Origin: Bacilli bacterium
GTDB lineage: Bacteria > Bacillota_I > Bacilli_A > ML615J-28 > CAG-313
Assembly (NCBI GenBank): GCA_017937305.1
Contig: JAGBDV010000020.1
Location: 57,309-121,308 of the forward strand
Direction of reading: 5' to 3'
Length of the DNA: 64,000 bases
Below the pieces are notes generated by a model. The model was not told the origin of the DNA. It made no database searches and worked only from the letters and a program-made list of their open reading frames with translations. The first letter of the stretch is position 1; the number at the start of each line of letters is the position of its first letter. Of the stretch, positions 57,178-64,000 are shown in pieces. Both the position numbers and the translations under genes were made by a program.

Positions 57178-58473
57178 TTCATTAAATAATAATGTAATTT
57201 CAAATGTAGTTTTTGTAACAGCATAGTCAAGTGTAATGTTATTTCTTTTTGCGAATAATTCAATAGATTTTGTACCAAAACCATGCTCTTCTTTATCATT
57301 TGTTGGTAAATTATTTGTATCAAAACTAATATTACCATCATATTTATTTTTAATTTGTAAAATTAAACGTCCATTATTGTTTAGGAAGATAAATGTAACA
57401 GCTCTATTGTTCTTAAGCTTAAGGGATGCATTAATTGCATTATCTAAACAGTTAGATATTACGACTACGATTTCATTAGATGGAATTGTAAGTAGTTCTT
57501 CGAAGTTATTAATTTTAGTCTTAAAATTAATATCATTATTAATACATTGTTGTTCATAGTATTCAAGTACTGAATTAATAAGTGGATCATTACAATATCT
57601 TTTTCGTTTTGTATTTTCAATAGAAACATTATATGAATTAATTAATTCTTGTGCTTGTTCTATTTCGCCATTATTAATAAGTGTTGAAATAGTAACTAAT
57701 ACATGTTTCATATCATGTCTTAAAATTCTAAGTTCATTATCACTTTGAGCTTTAAGTTCTGAAATTTCAATTATATTTTCTATTTGTTTATTTAAAATCT
57801 CTGTATCAAAATTATTAATTAATTCTTTTTGATAACTTTTTAAAAACATATAAAATCCAGTAATTGAAACTGTATATACGCTTAATAATGCAAGACTAAA
57901 GATATTAATTTTAAGTACATTTTGTGTTGTAGTACTTATAATATTTTGGTATAGGCCAATTTCAGCAAACATTGCAACACCATAAAGAAGAAGAAGCCAT
58001 AACATTTTAGGAAGTGATGATTCAACAATATTATGTAGTTTATTATAGAAGAAATTTAAATATATAGCTGCTAAAGGGAAACAAGTAACATAGATAATCC
58101 CTCTATATAATATAGCGTTATCAGCAAACTTTAGACCAACTGCTTCAATTAATACAACAAAATATGTAAGTAAAAAGGCATTAACTATTCCTGTAAATAA
58201 AGATAATCCTTTTCTTTTTCCAATTATAAATACTAATAGTGCTTCAGGTATAAAAATACCTAAAATATTCCAAATTAATACTTTTTCAAGTTTGAAAAAT
58301 TCAAATATGTATGAATTAATGATTAGTATTGCAAGAGTAATTGGAATAACAAGTAATAATGTTTTAATTTTAGAAAATCTACTACCTGATACAATTAGTA
58401 ATAATAACATACTAAATGCAGCAGTAATTAATGTTGGAATTAACTCAAATATCTGTGTCATATTATTCACCAA
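57175..58473 (-). CDS. Sensor histidine kinase, AgrC/HPK10-like (polytopic N-terminal sensor + GHKL ATPase).
   Basis: About six N-terminal TM helices. H-box LRHDMKHVL. N-box/G-box region NCLDNAINAS ... GFGTKS. Confidence 0.75.
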   Translation of the reverse strand: MVNNMTQIFELIPTLITAAFSMLLLLIVSGSRFSKIKTLLLVIPITLAILIINSYIFEFFKLEKVLIWNILGIFIPEALLVFIIGKRKGLSLFTGIVNAFLLTYFVVLIEAVGLKFADNAILYRGIIYVTCFPLAAIYLNFFYNKLHNIVESSLPKMLWLLLLYGVAMFAEIGLYQNIISTTTQNVLKINIFSLALLSVYTVSITGFYMFLKSYQKELINNFDTEILNKQIENIIEISELKAQSDNELRILRHDMKHVLVTISTLINNGEIEQAQELINSYNVSIENTKRKRYCNDPLINSVLEYYEQQCINNDINFKTKINNFEELLTIPSNEIVVVISNCLDNAINASLKLKNNRAVTFIFLNNNGRLILQIKNKYDGNISFDTNNLPTNDKEEHGFGTKSIELFAKRNNITLDYAVTKTTFEITLLFNE

Positions 58474-59194
58474 TTAAATACTTTATGTATTCTTTCTTAA
58501 TACTTGAAAAATTTCTTTTTGCAATAGGAACGACAAAACCATTTTTCATTATAAATGATCCATCTTCAATTGCTTTTACATGATTCATATTAACAATAAA
58601 TGAGGCATGACAACTAATAAAATTATAGTTTTCATAATTAAATGGAATAGAATCTAAAAACTTAGTTCTAAGTGCCGTAGATGTAATAGATTCACCAGTA
58701 ATTAAGTGAATTACAATACGACGATCTATTGATTCAATAAAACATACTTCATTTATTTCAATAGATAAAATATTAAGTGTTTGTGTCTTAAAATTAAATG
58801 TATTTTTAGTACGATAATTAAAATTAATTGATAAATCATCAAGTACTGCATTCATTTGTTCTTCTGCAATAGGTTTAATCAAATAATGGTACGCTTTAAC
58901 AGTAAAAGCATCTACTGCAAATTCAGAAGAAGTTGTTGTAAAAATTATTACAGCATCAGGAGACACTTCTCTTATTTTTCTAGCAGTTTCAATACCATTT
59001 ATTTGCATGATTACATCAAGAAAATAAATATCAAACCCTGTATTATTAGGAAGATTTATTAATCTAATTAAATTAGCAGGATTATCAAAACAACTAATAT
59101 CTACATTAACTTGTACTTTTTGATAGTATGAAGAAACTAACTTTTTAGTATTCTCAAGTTCTAATAAACTATCATCACATATAGCTATTCGCAT
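58463..59194 (-). CDS. Response regulator, LytTR DNA-binding family (AgrA/ComE-like).
   Basis: REC domain (IAICDDS..., DVIMQINGIE, IIFTT) plus C-terminal LytTR domain (FIESIDRRIVIHL...SCHASFIVNMNHV). Confidence 0.8.
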   Translation of the reverse strand: MRIAICDDSLLELENTKKLVSSYYQKVQVNVDISCFDNPANLIRLINLPNNTGFDIYFLDVIMQINGIETARKIREVSPDAVIIFTTTSSEFAVDAFTVKAYHYLIKPIAEEQMNAVLDDLSINFNYRTKNTFNFKTQTLNILSIEINEVCFIESIDRRIVIHLITGESITSTALRTKFLDSIPFNYENYNFISCHASFIVNMNHVKAIEDGSFIMKNGFVVPIAKRNFSSIKKEYIKYLIGE

Positions 59195-59341
59195 AAGTAT
59201 TACCTCTTTTTCTACTTATATTATACCACTATTTTTAATATTAGTCAAATTGTAAATAAATAATAAATTAAATCAAAAAAAGTAAAAAAAGATAACCTAA
59301 AAAGGAAAAAATTGTTAATTAATTTACAAAATAATTTTCAT

Positions 59342-59371
59342 ATTTTCACATTTAAATGTCGAATTTTCACA
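59342..59371 (+). promoter_or_regulatory. LytTR-type operator: two perfect 9-bp direct repeats ATTTTCACA separated by exactly 12 bp, plus a third imperfect copy (ATTTTCATA, 59334-59342).
   Basis: Repeat 1 at 59342-59350, repeat 2 at 59363-59371. Ends 5 bp before the -35 of the downstream promoter. Confidence 0.7.
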
Positions 59372-59376
59372 CCAAA

Positions 59377-59405
59377 TTGACTATTAAGTACTAATTTGTT
59401 ATAAT
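59377..59405 (+). promoter_or_regulatory. Near-consensus sigma-A promoter: TTGACT, 17 bp, TATAAT.
   Basis: -35 at 59377-59382 and -10 at 59400-59405. Drives the 59480.. operon. Divergent from the LytTR regulator gene. Confidence 0.65.
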
Positions 59406-59479
59406 ATGAAAGTAAAGTGAGAAGAGTATACACATCTATCACTTTTTAAAACTTAAACTAATATAAAGGAGAAATTATT

Positions 59480-60247
59480 ATGAAAAGAAAAAGTTTAACA
59501 ATGATTCTATGTTTATTAACTTGCTTATCATTAGTAGGCGTAGGGTTCGCGTCTTGGGTTATTAGCTCAGGCGATAAAGAAACTGTATCGGGAAATGTTG
59601 TTGTAGATACTGTTTCGGATGAACGTATTGTTCTTACAGTTACTGAACCAGGTGTTAAGGATATTAAATTTGTTGGTCCATCATCTACAACTACTGCAGA
59701 TGGTTGGTTAACTACTGATAATAAAGCAGCTAACTTAGAAGTTACTTATGCTTGTACAGTTTCTAAAAAGACTGGTTCGTTTACATCTACTAGCGAAATT
59801 GCAACACCTTTAGCCACTTTAGTAGAACCTACAGAGAGTACATATACTACTGCTAAAACAAAAGGTTGTTTTGAATTGTCAACAGATGTTGGTGTTACTG
59901 CAGCTACATTAGATAAATTCTATCAAGGTATTAAAATTTCTACACCTACTCTTGAAGATGGCAAAATCAAGTTTAACGTGACAGTTCAATATAAATGGGG
60001 TTCTGAATTCGGTGGAATTAATCCGTTTGATTATTACAATGAATTAAAAACTGGTGTAAATCCTACATTTGTTAGAGACGTTAATGCAACATGTGGAGAA
60101 GCTGTAGATACAATTTCAGCTGAAGACGCTACTTGGGGAGATCATGCTTATTATTATTTAGATTTATTATCAAAATTAGATAGTAATGGTGCTACAGAAG
60201 GTGGTTTATTAAGTTATAGTTTAACTATTCAAGTTGACTTTGCTTAA
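59480..60247 (+). CDS. Secreted TasA-sized protein (255 aa) with SipW-cognate-like signal peptide; paralog 1.
   Basis: MKRK-hydrophobic-GVGFASWVISSGD (the TasA family has GGTWAAFND). Ser/Thr/Val-rich beta-region. C-terminal KWGSEFGGINPFDYYNE is shared with the next gene. Confidence 0.6.
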   Translation: MKRKSLTMILCLLTCLSLVGVGFASWVISSGDKETVSGNVVVDTVSDERIVLTVTEPGVKDIKFVGPSSTTTADGWLTTDNKAANLEVTYACTVSKKTGSFTSTSEIATPLATLVEPTESTYTTAKTKGCFELSTDVGVTAATLDKFYQGIKISTPTLEDGKIKFNVTVQYKWGSEFGGINPFDYYNELKTGVNPTFVRDVNATCGEAVDTISAEDATWGDHAYYYLDLLSKLDSNGATEGGLLSYSLTIQVDFA

Positions 60248-60285
60248 TAGTTATTTATAAAAATAATTTAGGAGGCTAGAAAATT

Positions 60286-61062
60286 ATGGCTAGATTAACA
60301 AAGAATTCTTATAAGAGAAAGATTATATTATTTGGTTTATTAGTTTTCATGTCTATCGCATTAATTTCTACAGGTTTTGCTGCATGGGTTATGTCAACTA
60401 ATGCAACAAATGATGATGCTAATGGAAATGTTTCTGTTGGTGTTGTTAAAGATGCAAGTTTAACAATTTCTAATGTTGTTATTTCATCTACTGAAAAGAG
60501 CTTTAGATTTGAACCTTTAGCTTCAGATGAATCAGGTCGTGTAAGATATGATGATGAAGAAGGTTTATATGAAAACTTAAGCATTACTGTTACAGGTCAA
60601 GTTGCACCTATTGAATATTTAGGTGAATTAAAGTATGAACTTGTTATTCCTGAATCTGTTAAGAAAGCTGCTGATGCTGGTTACATTGTTTTACCAGATT
60701 CTGCTACTTATCAATATCAAGATGGTGAAGGAAACACTGTTAAAGTTGGCAGTGGTACAGTACTTGCTGTTAGCGGAACTGAAGGTACATTTAATTTCAC
60801 ATTTACAATTGATTTTAAATGGGGTGCTAAATTTGGCAATATGAACCCTGGTTTATACTATGATACTGATGCTGCTGGAATGTTGATTTCAGATGCAGAA
60901 TGTAAGAAAGAATTACAAGATTTTAGAGCATTATTATATGGTTATGATGCAGAAATGACTGCTGCTGGTAGTGATGAAGCAGCTAGAGATACTGTTGCAG
61001 AAAATCATAAGAATGATGCTGGTCCAGTATTTACAGTATTAATTACAGCTAAGAGTAACTAA
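60286..61062 (+). CDS. Secreted TasA-sized protein (258 aa) with SipW-cognate-like signal peptide; paralog 2.
   Basis: ...STGFAAWVMSTNA, GNVSVGVVKDASLTI (paralog 1 has GNVVVDTVSDERIVLTV) and KWGAKFGNMNPGLYYDTD. Confidence 0.6.
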   Translation: MARLTKNSYKRKIILFGLLVFMSIALISTGFAAWVMSTNATNDDANGNVSVGVVKDASLTISNVVISSTEKSFRFEPLASDESGRVRYDDEEGLYENLSITVTGQVAPIEYLGELKYELVIPESVKKAADAGYIVLPDSATYQYQDGEGNTVKVGSGTVLAVSGTEGTFNFTFTIDFKWGAKFGNMNPGLYYDTDAAGMLISDAECKKELQDFRALLYGYDAEMTAAGSDEAARDTVAENHKNDAGPVFTVLITAKSN

Positions 61063-61074
61063 TAACTTATAGTT

Positions 61075-62079
61075 ATGAAGTCTACAGAAATTATTTCGCT
61101 CATAGTTACTTTCATTGGGATATTTAGTTTTGCTACTATATTTACAATTTTATATGGTAATTATGCATCAATGTCAATTAAAGAATTAAAGTCTGGTAAA
61201 CGTGACATTGAATTGATTGATGAAGTAGTCTATGAAAGACAAGAAAAAGTTAAAAGACGTAATGAAATAGTTGTTACTATTAAAAATGTGTTCTTTTATT
61301 TAACTTTATTTATTGTTGTACCTGTTTTTATCTTTTCACTTATTAGTAGATTTACTAATAATGCAATAATGATAGGTGATAGAACAGTTATGGTTGTCGC
61401 ATCTGGTTCAATGAGTTATAAAGCTGAAACTAATGATTATTTAGTAACTAATAACTTAAACGATCAATTTTCAAAATATGATATTATTATTCTAGAAAAA
61501 GTTGACAGTGCGGCTGAACTTAAAGTTTATGACACTATTGCTTTTGTAAATGATAAAGGTACAAATATCATTCATAGAATTAAGTCAATTAAATATGATG
61601 GAAGTTATGAAACTAGAGGCGATGCTGTAGAAGTAAGTGATAGTTATAATCCTGTTTTTCCTGATGTTATCGGAAGATATACAGGAAAAAAGATTGGTGG
61701 TATAGGAATGTTTGTTTTATTCTTCCAATCTTATGCGGGGATTATTACAATTGTTTCACTTGTTTATTGTTTATTAATGATTGATCGAATGTCTGAGAAA
61801 ATAAACAAGGTACAATTAGAAAGAATTGAGTACTTAGAAAAAGCTTTAGGTTTACTTGATGAAACTGAAGCTAAAGCTATGCAAGCTGCTTATTCTGAAA
61901 CTATTTATTATAAAGGTTTTGCTTATCAATTTAAAGATGGTGAATTCATCTCTAAAGATGAAATTAAGGATAGCCTTTATTTAGAAAAGTCTTCAAATAC
62001 AATTATTAAAGAAGTTACAAGTGGTGACTCTTGTGTTATTGAAGAAGAAATAATCAAAAATGACGAACAGGGAGAATAG
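61075..62079 (+). CDS. Signal peptidase I, SipW (archaeal/ER) type, with two extra N-terminal TM helices and a C-terminal TM plus coiled-coil extension.
   Basis: VVASGSMS (Ser motif), IIILEK, NIIHRIKS (His motif), RGDAVE. Confidence 0.7.
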   Translation: MKSTEIISLIVTFIGIFSFATIFTILYGNYASMSIKELKSGKRDIELIDEVVYERQEKVKRRNEIVVTIKNVFFYLTLFIVVPVFIFSLISRFTNNAIMIGDRTVMVVASGSMSYKAETNDYLVTNNLNDQFSKYDIIILEKVDSAAELKVYDTIAFVNDKGTNIIHRIKSIKYDGSYETRGDAVEVSDSYNPVFPDVIGRYTGKKIGGIGMFVLFFQSYAGIITIVSLVYCLLMIDRMSEKINKVQLERIEYLEKALGLLDETEAKAMQAAYSETIYYKGFAYQFKDGEFISKDEIKDSLYLEKSSNTIIKEVTSGDSCVIEEEIIKNDEQGE

Positions 62080-62083
62080 TGTT

Positions 62084-63883
62084 ATGAAAAAACCCTATTA
62101 TACAAGAAAAGATTTGATTGTTATCTCTTTAGCTGTATTCTATGCATTTGTTTTAATCTTTGTTGGAATGTGTTTAGAAGGAACATATTCATTCGTTAGT
62201 AGTAAAAATCCAATTGCTGCAATGGGTAAAGGATTAAGTTTCAAAACAATAGAATGTGGATTATCTGGATTTATTTGCTTAGTACTTGTTGCATTATATG
62301 TTGCAGTATTTACAGCAGTATTCATGTATGAAAGAAGATATGCAATCGTAACTAACAAGAAAACTTATGGAATTAAGATGATTATTACTTACATCTTATC
62401 ATTCCTTGCATGTGGTGTTATTTCTTTAGGTGTTGGTATTTTAATTCAAAAACCACTTACATGGGATAATATCAGTCTTGTATTATTATATGTTGGTCAA
62501 TCTTTAATTCTAACTACAATTATTTATGTTGTATTATTTGCTTTATTTGGTGGTGTAATTATGTTTGTTGTCAATTTCTTATTAATTGATAAACCATTTA
62601 AAGCATTTGAAGATAATACAGAAATTAAAGTATTAGAAGAAGATGATCCTGAAGTTGATATTACAAGTAGTTTTGATGCAAATATTGATGGTGCTACTGC
62701 TACTGGTGGTGTTGCTGCTGCTGGGGCTCCTGGTGCTGCAGGTGCATCTGAAAGTATCGTTCGTTCTGCTGAAGAACTTGACGATCGTGAAAAAGTATTC
62801 CCAGCACTTTCTACAGTTGATGTAGATTATGATGGGTATGTAGTTGATCATATCGAAAGTGAACAATTCTCTTTAGAAGAAATTTGTGTTAAGTTTAGAA
62901 ATTATCTTGCTAAAGAAGAAAAATTATACTTTGATATTGATACAATTCGTTATTTTATCAGTGCTTTAGGTACTTCTCACTTTATGATTTTAGAAGGCTT
63001 ATCTGGTACTGGTAAATCAAGTTTACCACGTTATTTTGCTAAATTTATTAATGCTGAAGTATTATTTATTCCAGTTCAAGCAACTTGGCGTGATAAGACT
63101 AACCTTATTGGTTTCTTTAATGAATTCTCTAAGACTTATACTGAAAGTGAATTCTTAATTAAACTATATAAAGCTAATTACAACCCTGATGTTCCTCATT
63201 TCTTCGTACTAGATGAAATGAACATCTCGCGTGTTGAATATTACTTTGCAGATTTCCTATCAGTTCTTGAATATCCAGAAGAAGATTGGAAATTAAAGAT
63301 TATGCAATTACCATATAACTTTATTCCACCTGCAAAATTAGAAGAAGGTATTATTCAAATACCTAATAACTCATATTTTGTTGGTACAGCTAATAAGGAT
63401 GACTCAACATTCACTATTACTGATAAAGTATATGACCGTGCTATTTCAATCGATTTTGATAATCGTAATGATGCATTTACTGTAAATGAAGAAGTATCAA
63501 CAATTACTATTAGTAATTCACATCTTCAATCACTATATAATGCAGCTAAGAATGAAGATGCTAACCGTATGAATGATGCTGATTATGCTAAATTCACTAA
63601 GATTACTGATTATATTTATGATCAATTTGATCTTACATTCGGTAACCGTATCTTAACACAAATTGACAACCTAGTGCCTATTTTTGTGGCATGTGGTGGT
63701 ACAAAAGAAGATGCTTTAGACTTCTTATTATCACGTAAAGTTATTTATAAACTAGAAGGTCGTTTTGAAGAATATGTTAAAGGTGCTTTAAAAGAACTTC
63801 TTGCTTTAATTGAAAAGACTTACGGTGCATCTGTTTTAAAACGTAGTGAAAAGACTATTAAAAGTTTAATGAGAAGGTTGTAA
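62084..63883 (+). CDS. Membrane-anchored McrB-family (AAA_5) AAA+ NTPase: ~5 TM N-terminal domain, Gly/Ala-rich linker, C-terminal McrB-like domain.
   Basis: Walker A GLSGTGKSS. Walker B/McrB motif FFVLDEMNISRVEYYFADFLSVLE (E. coli McrB has IIDEINRANLSKVFGEVMMLME). YFVGTANKDDSTFTITDKVYDRAISIDF matches McrB YIIGLMNTADRS...RRRFSF. ATG 62084 with GGGAGAA RBS. Confidence 0.65.
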   Translation: MKKPYYTRKDLIVISLAVFYAFVLIFVGMCLEGTYSFVSSKNPIAAMGKGLSFKTIECGLSGFICLVLVALYVAVFTAVFMYERRYAIVTNKKTYGIKMIITYILSFLACGVISLGVGILIQKPLTWDNISLVLLYVGQSLILTTIIYVVLFALFGGVIMFVVNFLLIDKPFKAFEDNTEIKVLEEDDPEVDITSSFDANIDGATATGGVAAAGAPGAAGASESIVRSAEELDDREKVFPALSTVDVDYDGYVVDHIESEQFSLEEICVKFRNYLAKEEKLYFDIDTIRYFISALGTSHFMILEGLSGTGKSSLPRYFAKFINAEVLFIPVQATWRDKTNLIGFFNEFSKTYTESEFLIKLYKANYNPDVPHFFVLDEMNISRVEYYFADFLSVLEYPEEDWKLKIMQLPYNFIPPAKLEEGIIQIPNNSYFVGTANKDDSTFTITDKVYDRAISIDFDNRNDAFTVNEEVSTITISNSHLQSLYNAAKNEDANRMNDADYAKFTKITDYIYDQFDLTFGNRILTQIDNLVPIFVACGGTKEDALDFLLSRKVIYKLEGRFEEYVKGALKELLALIEKTYGASVLKRSEKTIKSLMRRL

Positions 63884-63887
63884 TAAT

Positions 63888-64000
63888 ATGAAAATCATCG
63901 AAGAAAACAAACTAAAAGAAATTATCCAAATTATTAATGATTATCATAATGATAATAAAAAGATAAAAAAATTCTTTAATAATTTAGATTCACTTACATT
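63888..64000 (+). CDS. 5' end of the next ORF (partial); possible partner of the McrB-like gene.
   Basis: ATG 5 nt after the preceding stop; MKIIEENKLKEIIQIINDYHNDN... runs to the window edge. Confidence 0.3.
   Translation, partial: MKIIEENKLKEIIQIINDYHNDNKKIKKFFNNLDSLT

Noticed and set aside
57236-59062. ORFs 57236..57559(+), 58292..58477(+) and 58856..59062(+) antisense to the kinase/regulator genes.
   Set aside because: They are shadow ORFs. The opposite strand encodes well-conserved HK and RR domains.
62633-62866. ORFs 62633..62866(-) and 62643..62825(+) inside the 607-aa gene.
   Set aside because: They arise from the Gly/Ala-rich linker (GCT/GGT repeats) of the McrB-like protein and are not independent genes.
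1-64000. Possibility of Mollicute code 4 (TGA=Trp).
   Set aside because: Long conserved proteins (carB, pyrC, the giant protein) are uninterrupted under code 11. Trp positions use TGG. No conserved protein requires TGA read-through.
1-64000. CRISPR arrays, rRNA genes, T-box or riboswitch leaders.
   Set aside because: No regularly spaced direct repeats, no rRNA-like conserved stretches and no T-box (AGGGTGGNACCGCG) or obvious riboswitch cores were seen in the intergenic regions. A covariance-model scan would be needed to fully exclude riboswitches.

Overview
This window is a low-GC (~30%) chromosomal segment that appears to use the standard genetic code: TGA/TAA/TAG all act as stops and Trp is TGG. 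Lipobox lipoproteins (ITGC/FSCS) and many Listeria-Bacteroides (Flg_new) repeats point to a Firmicutes or Acholeplasma/Erysipelotrichia-like organism. Three blocks stand out.

Core, housekeeping genes:
- map, a heterodimeric ABC exporter pair, an MscS channel, ribokinase, a MurQ/GckR-like SIS protein, an ABC-F ATPase and two MATE pumps.
- rlmD, msrA, and a complete pyrB-pyrC-carA-carB-pyrK-pyrD-pyrF-pyrE operon. Its carA has lost the glutaminase Cys and His of the catalytic triad.

Surface and accessory genes:
- A >2500-aa surface protein (Big_2, Flg_new, two parallel beta-helix modules, C-terminal Amidase_2) and two Flg_new lipoproteins (one SGNH, one SH3b plus NlpC/P60).
- Two separate SipW-type signal-peptidase clusters. 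Cluster A (31.0-35.1 kb) resembles tapA-sipW-tasA and adds a TasA-N-terminus::GLUG-repeat fusion. Cluster B (59.5-63.9 kb) encodes two TasA-sized secreted paralogs with SipW-cognate-like signal peptides, a second SipW paralog and a membrane-anchored McrB-family AAA+ protein. Cluster B is driven by a near-consensus sigma-A promoter immediately preceded by a textbook LytTR operator (two 9-bp direct repeats, 12-bp spacer). It is divergent from an AgrCA-like LytTR two-component system. I regard cluster B as the best candidate for an undescribed, quorum-regulated fibre or secretion system.

Mobile-element remnant:
- A decayed integrative-element remnant sits at tRNA-Leu(CAA). It has 23-bp direct repeats, a RelE/AbrB toxin-antitoxin pair and a multiply frameshifted KilA-N pseudogene.

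Other oddities: an (AT)5 tract that frameshifts a small membrane-protein gene, a DedA-family gene with no canonical start, and a pyrB leader terminator with no PyrR box.
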